Assembly: GCF_963506605.1 (NCBI RefSeq)
Contig: NC_083277.1
Coordinates: 44,578,001 to 44,642,000 of the forward strand
Source: Zootoca vivipara
Taxonomy: Eukaryota
Length of the DNA: 64,000 nucleotides
Direction of reading: 5' to 3'
In this document: positions 38,083-52,200 of the stretch, one piece after another
Layout of the letters: each line of letters begins with the position of its first letter
Position numbering within the stretch: the first letter of the stretch is position 1
The notes under the pieces: generated by a model
The model's input: only the letters and a program-made list of their open reading frames with translations
Database searches by the model: none
What the model was told of the DNA's origin: nothing
Position numbers and translations under genes: made by a program

Positions 38083-40341
38083 CACATGGTTTTAGAGGCA
38101 AAAGCTATCCACTATGATGTGTAGTTTGAGCCTGAGATAAACGGGCCTAACTGCTTGTAAAAGCCTGCTGGTATCTGTAAGCTTCTTTTTGTTATCTCTA
38201 CCTGACTTTTCTGCTTAAAGGAAGCCTCAGAAACCTTACTAACATTAAAGTACACAATAGTAAAATGGGCAAAGTGATCTGAACAACCCCAACGAAAACA
38301 GCAGCCATATTAACAGAGGACTGTAGAAAGATTAGCTGCTTCTTTAGCCTTGTGCAGCCATTTTGCTGATCCCAAGTGAGCTTCAGGATCCCAGGAAAGA
38401 AGCCACTGCCCCCTGCCCAAGGCTTGAGCATCTTTCTTCCATTCCCCTCACCCTTGTCAGGAACCTTTGATAGATCTAAAGAGAAGAGACAAGGACAATG
38501 CCCAGGCTCAATGACACACAGCCCAATTAAATTATCTTTTCCATCTGTCTTACAGCCAAAATATGCCGTTTAATCTTTCCTGTCCCCAAATCCTGGCTGA
38601 ACGCTAAGCAGTGCATTAGAGGCACTGGGCTGTTCTCTTAAACAACAAAACAAAGGTACTGTACTTTGCCCTTTTGTATCAGTAAGCCCGTTGCATTTTG
38701 ATGAGGGCCTCTCAAAAGGAGGTGTAGCAAAGCAGCAAATTAGGTTTTTAACGAAAAGCCCAGCCGTACATTGCCAGCCAAAGACGGCAACATTTGAGGC
38801 CACGTTTCATGAGCATAAATTGAACTGCCCTTGGGGACGAAATATCATTTATGCCACTGAACCTCCTTTTGTGCATAGATGCCATTTCACACCCCATGAA
38901 CTTTTAAACATGATTCATCTAAATCAAAGAACCAAATGCAAAACCTGGCAGCTGGGACGTTGTAGGGATTTTGGAAGCTCACTGGGAAAATGCAGAGCAC
39001 TGATAGCACTGGATGCATTGAAATGGTTCGTAGAGGTGGGGGATTTCCTCCTCTTCATTGTGTGCCCCCAAAGCCATTAATATAATAAGGAGAATTAAAA
39101 TTTTGCCTAACTCTTTTCGATGCAAAGCAACATTATGTGGAAACAGATTATAGAATGAACTGAGGCTGCAGTGAGTCTTGGCACCAGGCATGTCTCAGAA
39201 TCAAATTAAGGACATTTCATCTGCTGCCACCTAGGTGCTGCCAGGCTGTGGTATGCTTTCTTTATAGCAGAATCCCTTCCAATGAAATGTTACAGTGCAT
39301 TTTCCAGCTTTGTTTCATTCCTTTCCCCTCCCCACACACCCTTTTAAAAAGTCACAATTAGCATTTGAGATTAAAGGTGGGGGGAGCTATTTTCCTGTTG
39401 TGTCTTTGAGAAAATAGAAATAAAAATGCTACTTACACTTGCTAACAACAGCCTCTGCTTCTTTTAGCATCCCAGTATATAAATTGGTTTAATGCTCAGT
39501 TTCTCTGGACTGGAAAATTAGAATGAAATGTGGGGCAAACCCACAGATGAAGATAAAAATGTGGGTTGCAGCTGATGGTGACTCTTTCTTATGAAAGTAC
39601 ATGCCTTCCACAGTGTCACTCTCTATATGTCTACTCAGGAGTAAGTTCAATGAGGTTTTTGCCCCAGATCAGTGGGTACCAGATTACACAAGGTGGATAA
39701 ATTCAGTTGGGGCTGAATTTCCAGCGTGGTGTTGACAATGGCAAGGTTGCAGGTTTGATCCAGCACTTGATGGAGTCCCTTCCAACTTTATAATTTGTTG
39801 AGGCCTACCATGCATTCCTACACACACGTACCTGGGAGCAAGCACCATTGAACTCAGTTGAACTTCTGAGTATACATTCATAGGATTTTAGTTTAAGCCC
39901 CTTTATTATTAGAGACTTGTACGACTACTTCTCTCCAATTAAAACCAAAGCTCTATACTAATCAGATCATTAATGGATATATTTGAAATAGAACAACTTG
40001 GCACCAGTTGTTTTAAAAATGGTAAAAAAATATATATGTAATTTTGACAACATGACAAAACTATTGCTTAACAATCTAAAATAATAGATTTGGGGGTGAA
40101 GCGTAGGGAAAACACTGTTTCATATCAGAACAAAATTGCCTAGGGAGGTTAATAGAGGTTTGATTGTTGTCATGCCCCAGCCCCATAATCAGTTATGTCA
40201 ACGGCAACTGGTGATGAGCTTGAGATTTGAAATCTGTGAAAAGAATGAACAACCAAGCTTGTGGTTTGTTTGTTTGTTTGTTTTAATGCCCCCTCCCCAA
40301 CTCTTTTCTTTTTGTGTCACATCTTTTAGATTGCAAGCCCT

Positions 40342-40525
40342 GGTTGGTTGGCATCCTTCAGTCTCCAGAGACAATGGAGTGCGCCTTTAGGGGTGAAGTC
40401 AAACTGCTGCATTAGCAGTACCAAAGCAGTACCCTGAGGCACAATCTTGGTCAGTGTGTATGGAGGTCCTCAGCTGCCCAGACGACATGACTCTCCTCTT
40501 GGCCTCGCTGATGTGATCCAAAGGT
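40342..40525 (-). mobile_element. RTE-clade LINE 3' end
   Basis: The reverse complement matches 31627-31686 and ends in (CCAA)n. Confidence 0.6.
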
Positions 40526-41324
40526 CTGAATACTGAGAAAGTAGGGGGGGGGGTGTTCTGTTCTGCCTTGTTAGAAAAAATCTCTTGGACACCTTGTCAA
40601 TAAGTACAACTCAGTCATTCTGTCTGAGCTTCTGTAGATCACCTGTAACTCTACTTAGACTAAAGAGGATTTGAGGATTTAGAGACAGAGTGAAGGCATA
40701 TGTGAAGAAAACACTCTTGTCTCTGAATCGAAGAAGTTACAAACCTGCAGGTCAGGTACTGTCTAGTTTTTTCCTTGTTTTGACACTCGCATAGTCGGAG
40801 AGCAACACTCCATTCTCTTTTAACTTTTCATATATATTTTTCAAATCCTCAGACATGCCCGGAATCATTTTCTCACTTAGCCTTCTTTCTTTTGTAAACT
40901 TGATCTCCTTAGGGCTTTATAAAGTTTTGACAATGAACCAATGGATATTTTCACGCTCTTTGAAATTTTATTACATAAGGTGGTTATCCTTTTTCTTCAG
41001 CCTTCTTTTCCTGTACAAAATGTCTGAAAATCGTAATAGGGCAACAATAAAGCAAACTCGCCCCAAATACAGTAGCTGACTTGCGATCCCTCCCACTTCT
41101 TTCAGAGACAATGGACTTTGAATTACAGCCCCCTGAAAGCACATAGACTCCCCACTGTCATCCGTGGAAGGTAGAATCCTGTGAGCACATGAGGATTTGT
41201 CTGCTACAAAAGAGGGAAGAGGGACATGGCCAGCTTCAGATTTAAAGAGTCCCCTTGCAAAGTGTCCCCTCACTATGGTCTTCTACAAGCTTGCCTGCTG
41301 CCACCAGCAGAAGTAGGTCCTGTC

Positions 41325-41735
41325 TTTTAACATCTACATAGGGCTGCCTCTAAAGACAATTCGGAAACTTCAGCTGGAGCAGAATTCGGTGGCCAGGTTG
41401 CTAACCAGAGCAAAGATAGTTTGAGCATATTACACAGACCCTGATCTGACTGTACTGGCTCCCAATTAGTTTCTGGGCCCAATTCAAAGTGCTGGTTTTG
41501 ACCTATAAACTCTTAAACAGCTCAGGACCGCAACACCTCAAGGACCATCTCTCTCCATAAGAACCTACCCACACCCTGATAGCATCTTCTGAGCCCCTTC
41601 TACATGCACCTCCTCCATGAGAGGTCCGGAGCGTGACAAAATGAGAACAGGCCTTTTCTGCAGTGGCTCTCCATTTGTAGAATGCTCTCCTCCGGAAGGT
41701 TCGACTGGCACCTTCATTATATACCTTCAGGTATT
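41325..41735 (+). mobile_element. L2-clade LINE ORF2 C-terminal fragment
   Basis: GLPLKTIRKLQLEQNSVARLLT...LYWLPISFWAQFKVLVLTYK..N..GP...AFSAVA...NAL. Confidence 0.8.
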
Positions 41736-43110
41736 TATTATGGGAGCCTTTTGGTGGAACCTGGTTCAGCTGCTCCATATGGTCCATGGTAAATCTGGCA
41801 ATGGGAAATTTACATGGTGCCCCCTTCCCTTGATGCCCTAAACATGTGCTTATTTTGCTTAATGGTTACTCCAGCCCTCGTCATGAAGCTCACTGGGCAA
41901 CCTTGAACCAGTCGCTGTCTCTCACCCTACTTCACAGGATTGTTGTGATGATAAAATCAGAAGGGGGGGAGCCATGTACTTGAGCTCCTTGGAAGAAAAG
42001 GCGGGATATAAATGGAATAAATAAACAAGAAAGCAATTCAGCACTGGGCCCTGTCAAGGTCCCACAGCTGCCTAAGGGTATCAGGTGCGAAACAAGCCCA
42101 AATAAGCATTACCACGCAAGACTACAGAGTTCATTGCTTTTTTAAAATTTGTCATTTCCACATATTCCTTCCCAGTATGTCATAGAACCATGTTGCATTT
42201 ACAAGATGGATCTCATGTTCACTAGAAACACAAAGATAGCATAACTTTAGGGTGAAGCTCACGGAAAAACTCATAATGTTATTGTGAAAAGCAGCATATG
42301 TGGTTTCCCAGCTGTAACACAATCACTACATGCGCCTGCATGTATTACAACTGCAGAACTGAATTGAAAACTATAACTAATATTAATTTATTATTAAGAA
42401 TAATTCCCTTATGCTGAAGCGTATGTTACAGGATGCCAGGAGATAATTAGACTTCAGTGATAAACTTGTTACACAAAACTAAGTTCCATGGAAACCAAAG
42501 GGACTTAATTCCAAGTGGTTTGTGTTTTCATATTTTTTTGGAACGTGTTATTCATTGTTGGCAGGCTCTGAAGGAATAAAATGTATTGGAAAAGCAAACA
42601 TTATCTTACCATAGAGCAAAGTAAACGGGATGAGATTATCTACAAAAGGAATGCCAGCAGCCTGGAAAATGCAGACAGTGAAAATAAAATCAAAAATAAA
42701 AATAAAATTAAGAAACTAATTTTTTTTTAAAAAAAGTCACACACACATTTACACCCAACTACACACTAATTATAACTGACAAAAGTTACTAGCAATGCAA
42801 TTAGTACCATTTCTACTGAGAAGTAAGTGCAATTGAATTCAGTGGGGTTTACTCTCAGTAAGTGGGGCTACAGGATAGCAGCCTTAGCTAAAATATGACA
42901 TGATGATACTAAGACCACTCATAAGTACATGGATAGTTCTCGGAGCTTCTCTGGGCTTGTTTCCAAATCTTGTGAACAAAGATTCTTTCATGTTCTTTAT
43001 ATATATATATATATTTGGGTTTGTTTATGATTTAAAGATTTCCATACTGCCCTACGTACATGCCCTGGAACTTTCCAGCTCACTCAAATCGGCAACGATG
43101 AGCAAGGGTC

Positions 43111-43302
43111 AAGAAGAAGAAGAGTTTGGATTTGATATCCTGCTTTATCACTACCCGAAGGAGTCTCAAAGCGGCTAACATTCTCCTTTCCCTTCCTCCC
43201 CCACAACAAACACTCCGTGAGGTGAGTAGGGCTGAGAGACTTCAGAGAGGTGTGACTAGCCCAAGGTCACCCAGCAGCTGCATGTGGAGGAGTGGAGACT
43301 TT
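43111..43302 (-). mobile_element. MIR/Ther1-derived CORE SINE (Squam3-like), partial
   Basis: (TTC)n tail on the minus strand and CORE-like GTGACTAGCCCAAGGTCACCCAGC. Homologous to 48330-48581. Confidence 0.7.
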
Positions 43303-46300
43303 GCACACTCAGAGAATGTGTAGGGGGACAGTACTGCATATGAACAACCCAAGCTCTTCTTCCCTGCCAGTACTTTTGGATCCACTTCTGTTACTCAAAT
43401 TGACTGGAATGAAGGAGTGTGTGTGATCATCCCAATATAGTCGAAAGCACCAATTGCCCTGGATGCATATTAAAATTCCCATCTGGAGGCCCCCGCAAGT
43501 GGCAAGGTGCATGGGGAGGTTCTTGCCTAGCCCTCTCTCAAGCATTCTGGTTTCCTTTGTGCAGGAATTTCTTCATGTGGAAGCAGTTTATCATACAGGC
43601 CCCCACCAACAGCCTGAAATGGTACAGTTTTACAACATGGCATGCTCCTGTTCAATGCCCCAGTCAGTCACCTGTGTCCTCTTCCAGGATACTCCATTCC
43701 ACCTCCCTCTCACCTGGGATACCATTTCCCCTCAACAGACAGGATTCCATGGCCACTTGGGTCACATCCATACTTGGGTCACTATACATTTAGCATACAT
43801 TTAGCACACATGGTGTTCCCCAACAGAATGCTGGGAAGTGTAGTTTATCCCTCACTGAGCTGTATAATTCCGAGTACCCTTAGTAAACTACAATACCCAA
43901 GATTCCTTGGAGGAAGCAATGTGCTTTAAAGGTATGGTGTTGATGCAACCCCAATCTTCGTTGTGTTGTTTTAGGCTCCTCTTTTTTAGAGTTCCCCCCC
44001 ACTTGAAGCTTTTAAAAATACTTTTCTCAATGCACATGCATTTCTAAACATATTCTATCCTATAATATAATGATGATGATGATTGTTTTATCATTATACA
44101 TGACCCACCTGGCTGGGTTTCTATGCATTTCTATGTATTTTGTATTTTTTTTCAACTAAAACCATATTACAAAATTTGCAGAAGGGTGAAGTCCGAAAGG
44201 TAATGATGTTCTGATTGGGTATTAGTCCGAGAGGTGTTAATTGGGTTGGTTTGTATAAATGTGGACCAAACAAAATTATTCTTCCCTCATAATGATTGGA
44301 TGGTGCTGTTTTGAACTTTGGCACTTCAGAAGCATAGGGGATGCTCCTACTGAAATGTCTTCCCAGACTGCTGATACTGCCACCCTCTATTAAACATTAC
44401 AGCCTTGTCCCCCATCTGCAATTAACAAATAGGCTCATAGCCTAGCATGTGTAATGCCCCACACTGTTACAGCTCTCAAACACCCAAGGGTGCTCTGCTG
44501 AGACCTTCCTCCCACTTGCAGAAGATGGAAGGCTGCTTCAGAACCTGCATGCACCAATTAGCACCAGCCTTTTGCTTTCATTAAAGAGTTCTTTGATTCC
44601 TTCAACATCTTGTACAGCCGTGGATAAATCATTAAAATCTGAAAATGCAGCTATTCCTTGACATGTGTTAAAAAAAACCATATGTTTCCAAGTCTGTCAA
44701 ATCTTGGTTGAGTTTAAATGTATAAACAAGTAACAAAGCTATTCTCTAATACTTCCTTCACTCCCGTGAATGGTTCTTGCATATGGCTTAAAATAAACAC
44801 ATTTCTGATTTCTGTCTCCTCTTAAATCATGTCAGTGGACTTGGGAGAGCACATTTTATTCCTAACTTCCTGGCCCTGCCACGCGTTGCCATGGCTAATC
44901 CCTGTGACTGCCACCACCCTGTGTCGATCCATGATGTATCCCACCCCTTCCTCCCCCACCCCCGATTTTCCCTGTGATTCTCCCCAACCTGTCCCGTCCC
45001 ATGATGTCTCTTCCCCCCCCACCCCCTGGGTCTTCCCTGTGACTGGCCCCACTGTGTGCTGATCTATCCTGTCCCCTCCTCCCCCCAACCCCCACCCAGG
45101 CGAGTCAGTGCCTCCATTCGGCCTAGTCTGTAAAGGCTTCAGCCTAGAAAAGACTTTGGCCTAGTATGTCAACAGGGAAGGTTTTATAGGTGTAGTACCA
45201 GTGTAGCCTCCACTAGAGGGTGGTGGTTTGCAACCTGGTTCTTTTCCCAGCATGCATTTTCATCTGAGTGGTGTGTTTTGAAACACAGGGTTTTGGGGGT
45301 TTTACCTGGCACAGGTTTGACATCTGTCTTAGCAAATCAGGTGGATGTGCATTGAAAGGAAGAAAAACAGCAGCCTTACCCACATAGGTACTCCAGATGC
45401 CTACCTCTTAGCCACACAGCATCCCACATCACATGTGCTCCTGACAGATGTTGCCCAGACGCTGCTCATTAACGTACTGGTGCATGGAGTAAAGAGCCTT
45501 TTATACTCGATGCTAGACCCATGGAACACCTACATGGATAAGTGCTTTTCAGAGGGCTGTGTGTGGCAGCCGTTTGTGACCTTTAAATCTGACTTCAATC
45601 TTTGGATGCTGGCACTGTGAAAGAGAGCATTCAACACAACTGAGGATCAGGGTCAAGTAGCTTTCAATGTCAATCATAATGCCAAAGAACAGTCTAATGG
45701 ATGGAATCAGAATGTGCTAAAAGTCTGGAGGGTAACAACAACTCAGGGTTGCTTAGTGGAAGAACAAATCAGATAAATCTTCTTTGCTATTAGAGAAAGT
45801 TACATGGCCACACACATCTGTGCTTTTTTTTGTATTGGAATTTTGCTTTCCAGTCTATATTCCCTGCAAATTATAGATGGTAAAGTGATTCCTACATAAG
45901 AAACAAACACACAAATTAAGTGTAACATCATTACAGACTTCACTGTCTAATGTAACTTCATTGACATTATTCCATAGTGCATGTTTGATCTCTCTCTTTG
46001 CAATTATTAAATATGCATGATATAGTGCATCACTTTTGCTGCCATTCAGTGACAACCATGTGCAAACTGCTGACTAACCAGCCACAGCTGTACAGGAACT
46101 TGCTGTTGTAGCAATTCAACCTCTCTCAGTTAGTTGCACACTACAAGCTGATGCGGCTGAAATATTAAGGAAGGTGTAAATGGAGGTCACAAATAGAAAC
46201 TAGGAGACAAGTTCACTATGTTGAAGGAAAACAACAGGTTAAAACAAAAACAAAAACCCACAACACCACCCAACTCTACAATCCATAAAACTGCAAAATG

Positions 46301-47245
46301 ATTGCAGGGCCATTGTAAGAATTGGTTACACAGAAAACGTCTAGGGGACAGCACAGCAGCAAACGTTTCATGTTCACAGGAACTGATAATGGCTTTATTA
46401 CTAGGCAGAACCAGATCGTTATGGGACCTGACAGAGTGGCCCATTCACAGCAGTTTTCTGGTGGGCAAGCACTAAAAGAATCAATTAACCACACCCTTCC
46501 CAATGGTACTGCATAATGTTTAAATCAATATGAAACAACAACTGCTTTTCCTAAGCTTAAATCCATACTCTAGCCCCATCCATCTATCTTCCCCAACAGG
46601 CCCACTTAAACCTAGGGTCACAGGAAGTTGCCTTATACTAGGTCAGACTATGCATCCATTTAGCCCACAATTATTGTTTACTACAGCTTACTGTGGTTCT
46701 TCAAGATCTCAGGAAGAAGAAAAAGAGGACACATGGCAACCCTACCTACCATCCTTCTCCATGACGATGTTTCTAGGTGCTCTCTTTTTTAAAACAGTAA
46801 ATGTGTGGCTTTCACTCATTTGCTACATCAGATCCAGATGCTTATTTTCAGGGTAACATTTCCATTATTTCCTTGTATTACCTTTGCCCAGGGCTTCAGG
46901 TACATGGTGTGGCCACTGGGGCAAACTCAGGTAGGGCTTCCATTGCTATAACAAATGGAGGGTGCGATGTCTATGGCAGATCTTTTCCTCAATCCAGACC
47001 ATGATTCTGCAATGCTCTGGCCGAAGCATAGGATTGTCCACTCCAGGAATTGCAGAGAGTTCTGGAAGGAAGAGCACCTCTCTATGTAACTGGGGGCAGA
47101 AAAGTACTCTAAAATAAGCGTCTTCATTTAACAGCTGTAGTCTCAGTCCATGTACTGGTGTTTCTACCGGTAGGAGCCCCTGGCCTCTGACGAAAGTGAT
47201 AACCGACACCACTAGTGGCAATGAAAGCAAAACAGAAAGAAGACA

Positions 47246-47457
47246 GTTACAGGTAGGTAGCCGTGTTGGTCTGTAGTAGTCGAAACAAAATTTTAAAAAA
47301 TCCTCCCAGTAGCACCTTAGAGACAAACTAAGTTTGTTAGTGGTATGAGCTTTCATGTGCATGCATGGTATCTGAAGAAGTGTGCATGCATACAAAAGTT
47401 CATACCAATAACAAACTTAGTTCGTCTCTAAGGTGCTACTGGAAGGAATTTTTTTAA
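47246..47457. mobile_element. Inverted pair of Penelope terminal-repeat fragments with a decayed hammerhead (47366-47407, +)
   Basis: The left arm matches 16151-16265 and the right arm is the opposite orientation. Imperfect TSD AGAAAGAAGACA/AGAAAAAAGACA at 47234-47245 and 47458-47469. Confidence 0.85.
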
Positions 47458-47518
47458 AGAAAAAAGACACTGAAAGTAACAGGAACTAAAAGAGGGTTCT
47501 TTTTCATGCACCCAGGTG

Positions 47519-47521
<3 letters not shown>

Positions 47522-47559
<38 letters not shown>
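47522..47559. repeat. (AC)n microsatellite
   Basis: About 19 units. Confidence 0.95.
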
Positions 47560-47560
<1 letters not shown>

Positions 47561-47849
47561 GGGTATATGAGATAATTCAGCAGGCCTTGAACTCACCACA
47601 GAAGCTATAGAAGTAAAACTTTATTTCCTTCTTCTCATTGAGAAAGATCTCATGTGTGAAGTTTAATTAGATCACCTATGATAATCTCTCACATTAATCC
47701 ATGACTGTCTGGTTCCTGTTAATATGGAAGAGAGGTATTTGTAATACAAATGAGAGCTTTTGAAAATGTAGATTATATGCTTAAATAGAAACGATTGCAT
47801 AAAAACCATGTATGGAAAAAGCCTTGATAGTGTATTGATAAAATATATA

Positions 47850-48076
47850 CCGTGTTTCTCAAAAAGAAGACACCGTCTTATATTTATTTTTCCTTTAAAA
47901 AAACACACGGTGGCTTATTTTCAGGGGATGTCTTATTTTTTTATTATTAAGTATGGTACAGTTTAACCTACATGTTAAACCCTGAAAATAAGCCATCATG
48001 ATAGGCAGTTTGTAGGTTAAACTGCCTATCACTATGGCTTATTTTCGGGGTATGGCTTATTTTCGGAGAAACGCGG
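47850..48076. mobile_element. TcMar (Tc2-like) MITE
   Basis: TA|CCGTGTTTCTC...GAGAAACGCGG|TA. Internal GGCTTATTTTC repeats. Confidence 0.85.
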
Positions 48077-48329
48077 TAGAATGTAGAAATATACCGTATT
48101 TAGAATCTATATTATGGAAAGTTGTTTGTCCCTTCCTGTGCATGGATTCCAAACTTTCTTTTGCCTCTCATCCAGTGTTCTTAATGAACATCCCAGAATA
48201 GTAGTGGGTGGGCGCGCACACACACATGTGCACATACTGACAACATACCAACAGAGCAGAAGAAATGCTTTCCTCATAGTGCTGAGAAGATGCAAAACAC
48301 TCAGAATCCTTTATCTTGTTTATCCTCGT

Positions 48330-48581
48330 GAAGAGGAGGGGGAGGAGTTTGGACTTGATATCACACCTTTCACGCCCCTTAAGGAGTCTCAAAGCGGCTT
48401 CCAATCTCCTTTCCCTTCCTCCCCCACAACAAACACTCTGTGAGGTGAGTGAGGCTGAGAGACTTCAGAGAAGTGTGACTAGACCAAGGACACCCAGCAG
48501 CTGCATATGGAGGAGCGGGGAAGCGAACCCAGTTCACCAGATTATGAGTCCACCGCTCTTAACCGCTACACCACGCATGGC
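48330..48581 (-). mobile_element. MIR/Ther1-derived CORE SINE (Squam3-like), near full length
   Basis: The minus strand begins with a tRNA-like head (GTGGTGTAGCGGTTAAGAGC...GGGTTCGCTTCCC), then a CORE domain and a pyrimidine-rich tail. Confidence 0.8.
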
Positions 48582-49023
48582 TAAGTGCCATGATTTGTTT
48601 GTCTCTGGTACCAAAACGACTCAGATTGGCACAGACTGTATCACCAGTTGAACTGGTTGCAAGCGTAGGTAAAGTATACAAAGAGACTGCATTGCTGTGT
48701 GAATGTGAAGTAATTAAGTGTTGTCTTGTCACCAGAGCTGGTTTTATCATTTGGCAGAGTGAGGCAGCTGCCTCAGGCGGCAGGTGCTGAAGGCTGTGAA
48801 CTGGATAGAGCTGAGTGTGCCACATGGTCTGCCCTGGGACCCCAAAGCTACCCTACCACCCTCAGGTGCAGAATATTGTCCCATTGACAGGGTTGAAGTA
48901 GGATTCAGCTGCTAGACTGGTCAGCTTTTGTCTGTGGAATAGGAAGGAGGTGGCTTTTTGTCTTTTGTCTTTTGCCAGTCCTGCTTATCTCTATTTCAAA
49001 GTAACAATGAGTAGAACTAACAA

Positions 49024-49246
49024 NNNNNNNNNNNNNNNNNNNNNNNNNNNNNNNNNNNNNNNNNNNNNNNNNNNNNNNNNNNNNNNNNNNNNNNNNNNNN
49101 NNNNNNNNNNNNNNNNNNNNNNNNNNNNNNNNNNNNNNNNNNNNNNNNNNNNNNNNNNNNNNNNNNNNNNNNNNNNNNNNNNNNNNNNNNNNNNNNNNNN
49201 NNNNNNNNNNNNNNNNNNNNNNNNNNNNNNNNNNNNNNNNNNNNNN
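49024..49246. other. Assembly gap (223 N)
   Basis: Run of N. Confidence 1.
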
Positions 49247-52200
49247 ATTACAGATGTTCTATGTAGTTTAGCTCAATTTATCATGTAGTATGGTGTCACC
49301 TAGTGGAAAAGCAGAAGAAATACAAGAGTGAATCTGACTGGAAAGGGATTTCTAATCTATACCTGAGTGTTTACTATCCATTCCGAGAGAAATACTGATG
49401 AATTTCACTCTATCCCACATCCCACACTCTCAGTGATATTCTTTCTTGGTAAGAAGACAAATTTGTATTCTTCTCAGCCTCAAATACATTTTCTTATTCT
49501 GTTATTTTATTCCTGTTTAACAGTTGTTGGACAAAGCTATAGCATTAAATTAAGAATTAATTGTTTCAGCTGCAGAAGAGCCTAAGCACACTGCCCTTAT
49601 TAAGTATGCACATACTAATTAAAAAGCTGAAATTGAATATTTACATTTCTGTTCAATGCTGTCTTCCTTTGTGCACTAAATAATAGGGAAACAGCATCAG
49701 GGCAGAAATACATAAATTCAGTTTGATCCTTTTTACTCACACATGTGTACTGGACATAGTGTTGAAAATGCTAGAATTGGCAAAAATGTGTGTTTTAGTC
49801 TTAGGGCAGTCAGGAGCTAATAGTTCAATACTTGATTTTTGGCATCTAAATCTACAATGTATACACTCTGGCTATAAATATCTGGGTGGGTGGGTGGGTG
49901 GGTAGGTAGGTGAGAGAGACAGACAGACAGACAGACAGCATGGGACAGTGCTTATCAAGTTGCTTTATGGCTTCTTAGAGTTTTCCCTGCAACAGGACAA
50001 GTGGCTGGAAAGCTCTGGCAGCTACAGCAGGAGCAATAGCAGCTTATTTTATCAGCTGTGCCATCTTCAAATGCTCACGGTGAACATCTTCAAAGGTTTC
50101 CACTTGTAATTCCCATCAGTGCTATTATACCAGTTTGTGGTGCCAACTTTGCAGTGAAACAAAATGACTTTTTATCAGGGTACTTTACATTCCGTGCCAG
50201 CAATTGTCATGTTTTCAAATGAGGAGTTTTTATTTTTTTAAAAAGTCACTTTTCATTTTAAGATAGATCCTCTTTAATTTTATTTAAATCTGAGCAGGTG
50301 ACAGGACTTATTCCTTATTTGGTAACATGATGGAGAGAGGAATGGTTTTTCAAATCAATCTTCTTTTACCACAGTTCCATGAAATATGTGTAGCTCTGTC
50401 AAATCTAGTACTTGCCTTTTGACAGGCACTTTAAAAAGGACAATTATTTTTAACAAAGTATTAATATATTAACCTTTTAGCACAACCTCTCTTCTTTGTA
50501 ATGTTAGATATCCCGATCAGGACCCACAACATACTACAGATTGGAGGGCGGGATACCTTGCAAGGGACCAAGCATTATCTAAATTCTCTGGTTGGTGGCT
50601 GGGGCCATATGCCAAACTGGAGAAGAATACAGCCCTCATAACTGTTATCTATTTATTTATGAATTGCCTTTTACAGTTGTTTCAAGGTGAGTTACAAACA
50701 TATCATGAAAATAGTTTTAGAAACAACTAAAAATACATTTGAAAACGTAAGGTAAGACAGGGAATATGCAGGAGAAATGATTTTGAGGAGATATAGAGGG
50801 TGTTTGTAGAATTTGTGCTGTTAAAGGGGGAAAGGGGTCAAACCATTGCAAGAGGTGTTGAAATTTTGAGCGGTTGGATAGGTACAATGGAATAGTCTCG
50901 GTGGTGGGGTGTACATGTTTATTCTTATTTATTTATGATTATTACATTGTCAAAATAAAATAAATAAATACAATTCCAAATTAACACCTTTTCATCCAAC
51001 TGGAAAAGCTTTTTGACACTATAATGTCTTCAGGGGTGTTTGGAAAGTGCAGATAGTAGCACTCAGGGGAAGACTTTTGTAATATTTCATAAGATGGCAT
51101 CTTGAACAGGGCCCACAATTTGGCACCCCCAAATGGATCTTCTCAGTTATGGATCTTCTTATTTTTGCACGCACCCCCCTGGCTTGGCGCCCTGTGTGGG
51201 GGAACCACCCACACCGCCCTAAATCTGGTGTTGTGGGCACCTGTCATATCTCAGTGGAGATACAACAGGAGAAGCTACACTGAAAGCCCTGTTTGGAGTG
51301 ACTGTGGAGCAAGCTTCTGATATTTTGGGGACTCAAAGAAGAAACTATTTTGCAGAACGCAGTGACCTATTGGGTGTATAAGGTGCTATCTTGAGGAACC
51401 TAGTCCTTAGCTGCATACTGTAGATGCTAGTACCAAAATTTTGACCTTGATTGGCAGCCAGTCAAATGCCACAAACAAAATGCCACATGGTGGTGGTAAT
51501 TTGCACACCCACACCCACACCACTGCTTTCTGCACTAGCTACAGCCTTCAAGGACTACATCCCCAAACCAACTGGAGGTTACCAATGCAGGTCAGCTATG
51601 GTCAAGTTAGTTGTCAGCATATGAGTTCCATTATGAATGGCCCACATCTCTTTGGTCCTTGCTATCACATGTCTAAAATAACACTGAAGCAAATGCTCCA
51701 AGTCAAAGCCTTCCTATAGGGAAATTTGTAAGGTCCCCACTGTGCACTGCTAGAATTCAACGAATTACACCAGCACTGCAACTTTCCAGCTGCTTCTCTG
51801 TGTTGTGTTGTACTGCAGCTTTTGATATTCTTAAAGGATTGACTGCATCTATTTCCTTTAGAATAAGGCCGTTTTCAATTTAGTGCCATTCAGCAACCTG
51901 CACATTGGAGTCTATGAGGCACTCTTTAGAATATCACTTTCAGATGACGGATGTTTTGCAGGTGGTTTTGTAGAGAACCATGAAATGCAGCTGCCATGAA
52001 ACCTTTGATGAGACGTAAGTAGAACAACATCAAAAAGTATGCTTTTCTTTTGAGCGAATACATGAAAGCGCAAAACTAGCTGACACCGTCACATCACAGA
52101 ATTCATTTTTGTTAGACCAAGAGGAGACAAGCTTTCTGTTTTCATAGCTAGACATTCATGTAGAAAGAGTATGGAAACGGCACACGTACGTGTGTGTGTG

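Noticed and set aside
44893-45100. C-rich tract as a functional G-quadruplex or promoter
   Set aside because: Low-complexity and probably repeat-derived, with no independent support.
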